From contig UYFQ01000773.1 of NCBI GenBank assembly GCA_900617105.1, positions 1 through 54,603 on the forward strand: 54,603 nucleotides of DNA, read 5' to 3'. Below are positions 1 through 38,455 of this stretch, piece after piece. Made by a program: the position numbers and the translations under genes. The notes beneath the pieces were generated by a model that had not been told where the DNA came from, searched no databases, and saw only the letters and a list, made by a program, of their open reading frames with translations. The DNA comes from Hydrurus foetidus. Taxonomy: Eukaryota. Each line of letters opens with the position of its first letter. The stretch's first letter is position 1.

Positions 1-40
1 CTAAAAGAGTTCTAAACGATGCATAAGAAAATGAAAATCA

Positions 41-2621
41 TTAATAAAATATTACCTCATAGATATTGTCAGATGTAGTCGGTGATTCAGCATTCGATAT
101 CCGTGTGACAAATCCTCTCATGGCTTCTGGAACAATCATTAGGCGAATCTCACCGCTATTGAATACTCCTTCGCCTCCTCCTTCTCTTTCTGTTGTTTCA
201 CTTTTTTCTCTTTCTCTACTGATGTTGATGTCACTTTCTTTCTGTCCATCTTGATTCGTATCATTCATATTCGAGAGTTCTTTTTTTATTTTCGATGACG
301 GTGAAAGGAAGGATGCTACCGGAAACCTTTTATGCTCCACTGGAAGTAAGTACGCACGTGTTTCAGTGAGTTAGCACGTACGTGTTTCAGTCAATTAGTA
401 CGTACGTGTCAGTGTTCATGTCAGTGTACACGTATACATAATGTAGGAGTGATTGTAGTTGTGAGAGAGGAAAACATAAATGGAAGGACGGGTAATTCAG
501 TCAATGAATAAGTAAAGAGATAAATGGAACAAGAGCTGGCGAGCAAGTAAATAAACAATTAAACTAAACGTTAATAAATAAATAAATAAATAAATAAATA
601 ATGAAATAAATAAATATATAAATAAGGAAGAAAGATAATAATTGAGATGTACGTACCTATTGCCCAATTTCTATGCGCTACGGTGCTGTCCGATACTGTC
701 GGGAAAGGAAGACACTGATAAAAATAGTAGCGGGAATAAGGAGTACTATGATAAGTAGATATTCTAAACATGATTATAAAGTGAAAACAAGAAAAATAAA
801 AATAAAATAAAAATATAAAGAGGAGCGAGGAAAAAGTCAATACAGATAAGGAACGAAATAACTAAAAAAATAAAAATATAAACGGAAAAGAAATCAAGAT
901 GTCATAGAGTAAATGGAGCAAAGAAGATAAATGAAATCAAAATGAAATCAAGGAATGTTCCACCTGTAGTCCTAGTGTGTAGAGTGCTGTCAGTGTGTCC
1001 GCGACATGGACCTTGGATCTGTGTCTTGGAATCTGAGAGGTATCTGTACTCTGTGCGTTCTCTGCCATTACTTCACATGCGGGATAATTGGCACTAGAGT
1101 CTGTGGGGTATCATCACATAATGAGCGAGAAATTTTATTTTAATCAAAAATGAATATGTGTTCGTTGTTCCAATAATGTTGACATTTCATTCTTGGCATA
1201 ACAAAAGAAACTCAATTTTAGATATGTAAATATCAATGGCGTTATATCATAAATAACAAACATGATAATACCTGACATTCGTATATTAACTCCATACTTA
1301 AATAGCCCCGCGGCTACCGTACAGTCTTTGTGCACTGTACGTTCGTCTAGCTCGCCATTGGGCAAATAATTACAAAACAGAATGCCACAACCTAGAAAAA
1401 GTAAGGAATATGATCATATTTAGATACTAACAAATAATAAATCTAACAATGGTCCTTAACTAACACACTTGATGACCGGACAGAATTAAAACAAGAATTT
1501 TCAAAGAAGAATAAATGTAAAATTTGAATTGAGAAATTTTATAATACGTACACATGGAGAAACAATTAAGCTAGAATAAACACTATAGAATAAATAGGAG
1601 TCTATCATATCTAGTATTTCGTTCCATGGACCTCGTACCTTTTTCTGGTGTGACACCGAGATTGAGTGAAGTGAACATTGTTGACCCTTGACTCTCGGGC
1701 AGATCATTCAAGAAGAGCATAAGAGTGACAAGTCTGCGATGATAGGAATAGTGGATTCAGAATTGAGAATTCTGTTAAGAATACTGACATAAGTCTTGGT
1801 AGACAAATAAAATAAGAACAAGCTTTTTGTTGCACAGTAGATTTCAGAATAATTTTCAAATGAATGCTCATGATCAATGCAAAACACAAAACAGTATAAG
1901 ATTAGATATTGATATTGCAGTAGCCAAGCTATCGCATCAGCATAGATGATGGGAGCATCAAAAGATAGCCGCATAATTACCTCTTAGGAACATTCCCCAT
2001 GCCAGGAATATTCTGCACGGCATCGTGATGAAGTTCCGTCGATTGTCCTGGTAAGTAGGAAACAATCTGTAGGGGTTCAACGCATCCGACATCGAGCCCA
2101 ACAAGCCCTGCGCGGAAGAACGGTTGCGATGGTTATAGATTATATGAATGGATTTGTTCCATCTCGAGAAGAGAACAAGTTTGTATGTTGATCTCTTTCC
2201 GAAGTGTAGCCAACTTATATTTTCAAATCAACGTCTCCCAATCTACTATCAGAGGAAGTGCTGCTCATCATGACTTACCAGCGGCTTCATTCTCAATGTG
2301 GCGCAGAATGGAATCCTCGCTCTTATGTAGGATTGTCGACGATGAAGAATCACTCTCAGATAATTGGGAATTCCCAAATTCAGCAACCGCTACTGTTGCT
2401 TGAAATTTTCTCTCAAGCTGAGAGATTCTGTCATCAAAGTAGTCTATTTCCGCCGCACTCAAGAAGTTTCCCACGAAGTAGATCGCAGGATTTGAGTGAA
2501 TTTTTTCTAGTCGAGGATCACATATTACATCAGTATCGTCATCACTGTGAAATAGCGTTACCAGACCCGTTGGGAGTTGACCAGTCACTGGTATCGCCGT
2601 ATCAGATCCTAAGTTGTTCAT
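41..2621 (-). CDS. Prolyl 4-hydroxylase-like 2OG-Fe(II) oxygenase with C-terminal extension; probably continues beyond the window start
   Basis: GT-AG exons 2621-2279, 2107-1981, 1733-1639, 1391-1272, 1100-964, 714-657 and 339-56 (or to the stop at 41) join in frame. Motifs: P-A-I-Y-F-V-G-N-F-L-S, EPLQIVSY..GQ...HHD (HxD), RLVTLMLFLND...G.T.F, DERTVH..C.V..G.FKY (distal His and 2OG-binding Lys). Start codon uncertain. Confidence 0.85.
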
Positions 2622-2926
2622 CCCTTGGGTTGTCGGCAATATTCCGAAGTGGAGACTGCGGGTTGCGGGCTGCGGGTTGACCAAAATTTAGTTGGGATTG
2701 GTACATAGGTAATTTTTGGGGACGCTTCGTAATCTACCCCGTACCGTAAGACACACAATGATAGGGACCTTCTCCATTCGGGCTATCGGGGATCGTCTCC
2801 GTGAAGGGATGGTGCCAATCCGATCGGAGTGCAGTACGCACGCATGGAACCTTCCGGTTGATATGTGTACCCAATTTTTAATTTTAATTTTACTTTTACT
2901 TTTTACCGTAGAGTGGTTTACCTTTA

Positions 2927-3738
2927 GACCGTTCCTTCCGGCACGAGTTCAGGATCTGGGATTTCGTAAAATCACCCTATGGGGCGGAAAATACGTGAAT
3001 TTTTCCAGAACTCAAAAACTCAGAACCCAGTGCTCTCAAAAGTTCAGACGACAAACTGACAGTTACTAGCTAGTTGAATGCCATGGACGGATAGCAGTTG
3101 TTCAGCTTTGTTTCATTATTCTCAATATTTTTCACTTGACTGGGGCCTTGTTTGTGAGATATAGGCTCATCGTTAAGAATAATTACGGAATAGCGAGCGA
3201 ACGGAATGAGATTTCTCGATAAAACAAATCGAGGTGTTTTCCAACGGAATCGGTGAAAAACACACCCGAAAACCGTAAAAACACCTCGATTTACGACTGA
3301 AGTCACTGTATCTCGAGAAATCTTCCGTTTCAAGTCAAACCCTCGCGGTTCCATACTAAGTTAATTATTCTTAACTTGATGAACACCCTATTTCTCTCTA
3401 AAAACAAGTTTGGTCAAATTTGGAAAAATCGAATATTGAGGTGAGGAAACATCAGTGGAATAAAATTATTTTTGGACTTTTTCATTTCGAATTCACGGAA
3501 AGCACTATCAAATTACATGAAAGCAGTTTTCCGAAGTGTTATTTGAAATTTATCCATGAAGATATCGGGACTGAAGTAACCGTGCGGACTTTTTGACACC
3601 GTGCGGACTTTTTGACAGCACTGGGAACTCGAGTTCTGGAAAAACAGGGCCATTTTTCAAGAACTCGAGTTCTGAGTTTTTGAGTTCTGGGAATTTAAAA
3701 ATTCCAAGAACCCAGAACTCATGCCGTATGGAACGGTC
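2927..3738. mobile_element. 812-bp non-autonomous foldback element (PIF/Harbinger-like MITE) with TTA target-site duplication
   Basis: TTA at 2924-2926 and 3739-3741. Termini GACCGTTCCTTCCGGCACGAGTTC / GAACTCATGCCGTATGGAACGGTC. Nested inverted blocks include 3005-3026 with 3669-3690 (22 bp perfect) and 3226-3240 with 3278-3292 (15 bp perfect), centred near 3258. Confidence 0.85.
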
Positions 3739-3741
3739 TTA

Positions 3742-4403
3742 TTACAGCGAACCTATACGACATTTGTCGAAAAAATCAGACCGGCTGAAAAACTGCCGGT
3801 TTTGGTTTTGCTGCACTCCTTGACTGGGGCCTCGAGGCAAGCCTATTAAATTCTCGTACCTGGCCAACATTTCGGCATCGCTAACTGTGTTTTTTGATGC
3901 CCTTTCTGATGCTCTGTCAAACCGTTTTTCGTCGATCATTTGCTCGTAATCCTTTCGACTGCTTTATTGATTTCCGAAAATTCTCCTACCTGCTGATTTT
4001 AGCACATCAATTCTGAGTACGTTTTTGAACTTTCATGTGTCTGAAGAAAAATGTAGGCTATTTTAAAGATTTTCTGATGAAGTGGAAAGGCTTCATCCTC
4101 AGGGGTGCATCTAAATGTTGGGTGCTATTGCTGTGCTTAAATATGAATTAATTCCTGAAATCGCACGAAATCATGCAAAATCATCGTATTCAAAGGTCCA
4201 CCGTTTACGAATTTCCTTATCAGGTACTTTAACGGGATCCGGATAAATTTTGCGTTTCCGGTCATAAATATTTTCGTCATCAAACCTTTAGATAGTGGCC
4301 ACACCTTGGCGCGACTGTGTGCTGCTGAACATGAGGAATCGGCTTGGCTTTGCTGGTTTCCATTTTCGTCACTTTTGATCGTGCCAGGTTTCCAAAATGA
4401 CAT
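3742..4403 (-). pseudogene. MPP6: MPP6 (M-phase phosphoprotein 6, exosome cofactor)-like pseudogene
   Basis: Fragments LSKGLMTKIFM, GRRIFG, NKAVER and VSDAEMLARYENLIG resemble the MPP6 motifs LS..L..MKFM, GR.SF.GFN..VE and DVSDEEMARRYE.LVG. They lie in different frames, with shifts near 4260, 3970 and 3953. Confidence 0.7.
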
Positions 4404-6399
4404 TGGTACTTTCAGAAACCATCCGAATCTGACTTCAAATGCTTAAAAGTGTTCTATCATGATAATGCATCTCAAGCGATGATATGGCCATAGGATGCGA
4501 TTCATCATGGTATGCCGTACGTTTCTATTGGAAGCCAATAAATTAATATCTTAACATGTTCATCAATATTGCTAAAACGCTCTCGCCGCTTCATCCCGAA
4601 CTGTCATTAATGACTTATATGGGCCCTATGAACCCTATATACACGATAACATAAGGCCTATACGGAATACAGATTTTGGTACTTAAATCCGTATTCCCAG
4701 GAAATTTAGTGTGCTCTTAATTGAAATTTAAGAAACAATAGGTAAACCACTCTAGGTCTCATCGTGTGTTTCACAAGAATACTACACGCGTACACGGCTA
4801 CAATCTACAATATCAAATGGTCTAACTTCTTGAAAATTTCTACCAAACGATCCAATCTGAAATAAGATATGATTAGCAATGAGCACCATCATTTCTGATA
4901 ATTTTCCGCCGTCAGAGCGATATCGAGCTGTTTAAATGGTACATACCCATGATGAAACCAACTAGTGCAGAAATAAATCTCGTGCATGATAAGAAGCCGC
5001 TGCGCACGTTACTTTTGCAGCCCCTCACTTAAAAATAGAAAATGATTAAAACAAAAAACAGTGACTAATTCACAGCTTTTTGATATAATGCAGTGACACT
5101 AGGTCCTATAATTTATGATCTTATTTAGACCTGGGATCGATCCCAAAATTTCTCCGAGTAAAAAAAAATACCAGTGCAATCACAATTTCAACACGCATTC
5201 AGGTCGCCACCGTTTTTTCGATTTTTCTCGTCGAATAAAGCGCGATTCTGAGCGTATTTCTGAACGATCAGTAACTGTGTCTCACACCAAGGTTTCCGGA
5301 CCTGGATCCGGAATCCGGGATCCGAGACTTTTTACATTTTCAGATTCGAGACTAGAACCTGAACCGTAATTTCAATAACCCAGGCGATCGCGAAACTATT
5401 TAGAAACACACCCTGAAGGGATGACAACAGCAGACCGGATAACGTTCTCATGGAAGAGATGCTGTATCGACTGTCGATTCGATTCACAACCTGCGTCACA
5501 ACATCATCAATACCCAAGTCAAATCAGCCTCGGAAATCATCAGCTGTGGAGAAATGGAAGATAAATTGTCGTCTGCTCCGTGCCATGGTGGAGAATCACA
5601 GCAGCAGAGCAACTGCGCAGACAATGGGAGTCTCAAATGTGGCATCGACGTAGCATGAGGAGGTGATATTCGAATTCATCGCGGGAGACACTTCGACTGT
5701 TGGTTGCAGTGCTCATTTTGATTATTTCGATTCTGACGGAGTAGTGAGCGAGCGCTGTCCAGCCCTAAAAGTTGACAGCTTTGTCATTGGAATCACCTCA
5801 TTGAACATGTAATTAGGCGTCGAACTTATCACATTCCATGCAGCATTAACTCGAACATCATTTCAACAAGTCACCAACTGTAACAAAACTCTGGCCAAAT
5901 TTTGAACACAGAATCACAATCTCTGCCGGTGGAGTCTGGAAGATGACGGTGAGCAACAAGACTCAGTCGCAACAGCGAAATACTGGTATGATTGTAGAAC
6001 GTAACTACACGCTCGCCCTAAACATTGCGACTCTAAGATTCTATCGCTCGGTCTTTCCCAGTGTCGCACGATGCCCCGGCTTCTGCATTATGTAGTTTTA
6101 ATTCTCATGAATGAGAGGGATCAAGAGCGGGAAGTATCTTATTAGCGCGGAGTCGTCCTTACTGTTGAGATTGTGAGATACACCCTACTAGCTACAATTC
6201 TGCTAGTGGCTAGAGAATGGGAGCGCATGGCCCCGTTCGAGAATGCTTGTGCTCGACTCATGTTATCATTCCTCTAAGAAAGCTACTAATTAATGTACGC
6301 ATCTCTTTTGATCAATTAATACATGCATCTCTACAGAATTCGCTGCATCCGCGTCTGATTCTGTTTCTGATTCCTTCACCTTATTCGATAGTTGTAAAC

Positions 6400-9220
6400 T
6401 CTGAACAAAAAATTTAATTAACTAATGTGAATTAAGATTCGCAACGAAAGGTGCAGACCATGTATTGTTTGATGGAGTGCAGCATCACATACAGGGAGTA
6501 AAAACGGGCACGAAGTTAGGCAACCCAAATTAAATTGTTTGATACACAGTGACACAAGTATCAAATAGCAACGAGCATAAAGAATAGCAACGCAAATTTG
6601 AATGAATAAAGTTTATATAGTAGCTAGTAGCGCAAGAATCAAGCAGCAACGAGCACGAAGTATTATAGTGTAAGAATTCATTTAGTAAAGTAACAGGTGA
6701 TAATCAATTAAGCTGTTTCGTTCACTTCTGGCAGTGTCCTCTTCTTAAGACGTACGATTAGATCATAAAAGGTTATGTAACTCGAGTCACCATATCGACG
6801 GCGGTCGATGTCTTCAATTGGTGACAAAGGAGAGAAAGAAGCACATAGACAATCAAATGCAGATGCAAATTTCAAACGACTTTCAGTGATACCCAGCTTT
6901 CTTAGTATGACGGTAGCATCCTCGTCGGTGACTATTTTCTCCATTGCAGCCATGACTCTTCCTGCCTTCGAAAGGTGTGACCGAGAATCTGCTTTCGTTA
7001 AATCGAATGTGTGCAGCTTACGATACGGTGCGATGTTGCGGGTTTGATCACCGTGCCACCACAAGTCCCACAGAGTCCGAACATTGCATCTAAGTAGGCA
7101 GACACAAGAAAGAGTAGATAATGTGTCAGATGTCACTCACAGTAGTCCACATGTATGTTGCATTACTTACTTCGGAAATGAGAAATTCTCTGGCACAGGA
7201 TGAAATCTTGACTTCCATTCCCACAGTGAGTAACCTGTGACATCCTCTGGACGCGCTCTCTCAATGAGGGCATCAACTTCCGGAGCGGGGGGTGGAGCAT
7301 GCTGCATGGCAGCAAGCAAAGAAACCTTCAAGTCGTTCATCATGTCTGCTATTTGGAGCTGTGTGATCGGTAATACGCCTTCGACCCTAAAGTTCTCCAG
7401 TAGGCTTGCTTTCAAATCCTCAGGCAGTCTCTCCAGACGGCCAATAATCTCGAACCTTAGATTGTCAACGCCTGCCTGCATTTCAGCAATGCGATTCGCT
7501 AGGACCAAGTGGGGAGGCACCCCTGTTGCAAACATCTTACTTACAGGATTGCGGTTGCATCCGGCTCCAACTCGGTCTTTAATTTTGTCCAAGATACCAC
7601 TTGTCCAGACATGTTGGAGAAACAGTGGATGCCGGGGATGATTCGACTGCAGGTCCTTCAGGTAATCCTTGTGATAAACTAAAGAGGCAAGTAAGTATGG
7701 AATGACTTCACGGAAGCTCAGCGGATAGAATGTCGAGTATCCAGGGAGTATGTCTTCCCATTCTTGTGAGCTAAGCCCGTTGTCAGCAGTCAGAAAGTGG
7801 GCTGGAAGATTCGCGAAAGAAGTATCAGTCAAAGGAAGGCCTGTTGCTGCTCGCCCGCACACCTGATCACCCCCTTCTCCTTCCAATATGTATCGAGACT
7901 GTACAGGCCCCAGGCTCCATCCTGCTCTCAAATATATAGCGATCGCAGTCGGACCACCCGGAGTTCCACTGAGAAATGTCGCTATCCCCTTCCTGAAAGA
8001 ATGAGTGCCTATCATCGAAATATCAACCCCTTGATTCTTCAGCACTTCTTTGTTCTCCGCACATAGACGAGTCAGCCACTTGCTGAATCTGCTCTCTGAA
8101 TCACCATGAAATATACGAGTTTTGGAACCCTCCCTTTCATACCCCCGAGTGAACACGTAAATAGCAAAACTCAGAATTGGACAAATGTTTGGCTCGCTTG
8201 TGTTTGCATACACATGTTTCGGTAGAGCTCGTGTACCATCCTTGTCTCCCTTGTGTGATGGGAATACTATAACCATTGCGTCATCTACCCATGAAATATG
8301 ATTGTACATGAGTGAACCAACTGATACACATCTCGCTATCAAATTCCAACAGAGTAGAAGAAAAAAGTGCGAAAATATCGAAAGATTGTAGTCACACTCT
8401 TGTGTAAAAGCTTTATTGGCGAGAAATTTGTACCCTTTAAATGACATTGGTTGCTTCCCCTCAATAATTGACATCACTCCATCTTGTTTCAAATTGGCAA
8501 TTTTTCGCTGATAACCACCGAAAAAGTTCTTCAACATTTTATCAATATCGGGTTTAAAGTCGCAGTCGCCATTCGAGAAGCTGTCTTTGATGGCGCTTTT
8601 ATATCCGCTTACATGCTGGAAAGTTTGATACACCACGGGTGAAAGGTACGTCCCATTTTTTGCCTTCTTTTTGCAGATATGCCCAAAGAAGTCCTGCAGA
8701 TGTTCCTTCGTAACCGCTTGGAGATTGACATTTATTGAATCAGGAAGAGCACATACGGGGTACTTCAAGATGATCCATTGTCGGAAATGCTCAAATTTTC
8801 TGCGGTACTGCGTTTTCGTGTTGTCACACTTGCGCCCAGATATAATTTCCTGCGCCAAATCCAATTCCACATTCTCCTCGTCGAGAAGTTCCTCCATTCT
8901 CCAACTTCCACTTCAAAAGATTGTAAAATGTACTTCAGTATGGTATGCTGAAGTGTACTGTGTATACATGATAATCTCTTACCCACGAAAGATTTTGTTT
9001 CGTGATCGCACAATAATCAAGAGAAATTGATCATTTAGCTGCAAAATCAGCTCAATTTAATTTTTTGATTAATAGATATCACGAACACTGGTGTTTCGTG
9101 ATCTGATAGATTTCCGGGTAGAAATATTCGTGACAGCGCGACATTTTCGCTTTTCGTGCGAAAATTTTCGTATAGTTTTGCTATGAGAGAAATGAAAACC
9201 GGAATTTTCAACCCATAAAA
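6400..9220 (-). mobile_element. Crypton DNA transposon; boundaries approximate
   Basis: Compact, microsatellite-free YR gene unlike the host genes. Flanks carry repeated CACGAA/TTCGTG motifs and short dyads (6538-6567, 8984-9006, 9078-9102, 9193-9210). Exact ends cannot be fixed from one copy. Confidence 0.6.
6708..8897 (-). CDS. Crypton (CryptonS-like) tyrosine recombinase, 2 exons (8897-7171, 7089-6708), 702 aa
   Basis: Catalytic set present in order: R (WNLIAR), K (SHKGD), HxxR (GTHSFRKG), W (RAGW), Y (VQSRY). Also HVYAN..P.ICP and GDQVCGR..GLP. An 81-bp GTAAGT...TTAG intron (7170-7090) joins in frame (FPK-CNVRTLWDLWWHGD) to a C-terminal W-x-x-W-W-x-G domain. Confidence 0.9.
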
Positions 9221-9548
9221 TGTCCAGGGGGAATGTTCAAACAATCCGGGAAAATTAGGCCGGCAGACATTTGTAACTCTAAAGAAAATCGACTTGACTT
9301 CGTCGGCTCGGTCATCAATCAGACTTTCGAGACGAGTTTGTCACTCGTGGTCGAAGATAAAGTAGGTGTGGTGATGACATCATCAACGTGTTACTGAGAC
9401 GCGGATAATTTGGACGACGCTAGGAGACCAGAAAAAAAGAAATGAAGATTTGCGTGCAGTGAAGAGGTTCTTAGCTTTGGTAGCAGTAGAATATTTGAAG
9501 GTGTTCAGCAATTACTCACGGTTGATTAACTGCTGAGGACACTAAGTA

Positions 9549-36995
<27,447 letters not shown>

Positions 36996-38455
36996 TAAAA
37001 ATGTAGTGAGTAATTTGAAATATTAATTGAATTAAATTGAAATTGAACTAAATTGATGGAAATTTGATGTATGAAATAGAAGACCAACCAATGAAATAAC
37101 ATGACATGACGTTACTGACTGACAAGTGATATAATATAAGTGAATCGGAATGATTCTTCTGTTCTATAGTCAGTTACATCACTCCATCCTGACGTTGGTT
37201 TTTTTGTTTAGTTTTGTTCTGATTTGTTTCTTTGTTTTGTTTTCTACTCTATTTCACTATTTCATAATGAGGATCTTTTTTTCTCACAGAAAAATGTCCC
37301 GTACATTGTTTGACTGATTGTTCGACTGAAAAAATAATATAACACATGTTAGTCTCACAGTATTTTCCTTTTTCGCGAAGAATTGAGTTAGCGTTGTTCT
37401 ACGTAACGTACGATGTATGAACAGAGAAATACATCTGTGAGTTACGGACTTGAAGAAAATGTCAAAGAGGTGATATTGACGCTATGAAAAAGTCCAGTTT
37501 GAAAGCAATTCGAAGGAATTGTGAAAAAGAATTACCATCTATTTTTCTTCATCAATTTTTCACATTTCTGGAAAGCACTTCTCGGTGCAGCGTCAGGGTA
37601 ATAAAAAAAAGGGATAAATAAAGGTAGATTAACGTCAGGGTAAAGGTTTTCTTCTGAGTTCTCATCTGAATCTGATACTGTTTTGACATTTTTCAGTATT
37701 TCACATTTCAGCCAAATCTAACTCAATTCTGTCGAAAACTCACAGTCTAAAATTCTGTACAGAGCTCACTCTCTCTACTTTTTCTGTTAATAACACTTAC
37801 GCAATGTTAGATCTTGGACCCTAGAAATTCCGCTTCAAGTTGTTCTTTAAAGAAGCATTTCTCCGTATTCACATTCCTGTAGTACTACCAGAATTAAATA
37901 AAATCTCTGAGAAAGTGCACAAGTTTGAGATTGAAAGAAACGGTGATTTCAGCAGTGTAGAAACCTGTCCCAATCTGATCATTCAGATCCGGAATTGCTA
38001 TTTACCGGATATCTAAAAAATTCAAATTCTGTTTCCAGGATACTCAGTTATTTAAACAAAATTTATTTCTCCAATGACAATTAACCAAGAGCAGAAAGCG
38101 ATTACAATTATATGCAAGGATGTGACCTGCAGTAAATATACGCACCAATTCAATAGAGATAAATAGACGGTAGAATAATGAATCACTTAGCACTTTTTGT
38201 TGTCGTTATTAGACGAACACAAAGTTGTGGAATCTAAGCAGAAAAAGATCCAAAGTCCACACTTATTTTCTTTGAAAGAAATTCGTTTAATACATATCAT
38301 TACGAATAACTATACAATTTTATTAGCATCGTATAACTTTGCTGAATTAAACTTTTTATTTTGTTTTGTTTACTCAATTTAATAATACTCAACTGTACTC
38401 AATTATTATTTATTATTATTTAGTATTTATGAATATAAATGCAGATGTTATTTCT

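Noticed and set aside
2927..3738. Integrated viroid-, Obelisk- or retrozyme-like RNA
   Set aside because: No hammerhead core (CTGANGA...GAAA) or credible ORF seen inside it. The TTA duplication and shared TIRs favour a DNA MITE.
3135..3832. 14-bp match CTTGACTGGGGCCT between the foldback element (3135-3148) and the MPP6 remnant (3819-3832)
   Set aside because: It does not extend on either side and partly belongs to the element stem; chance cannot be excluded.
6527..9063. 11-bp inverted repeat AAATTAAATTG/CAATTTAATTT as Crypton termini
   Set aside because: AT-only core, no extension and no flanking duplication.
37500..38060. Possible small minus-strand exons between RICTOR and the EGF gene
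   Set aside because: Short open stretches with stops, no start codon and no recognisable motif.
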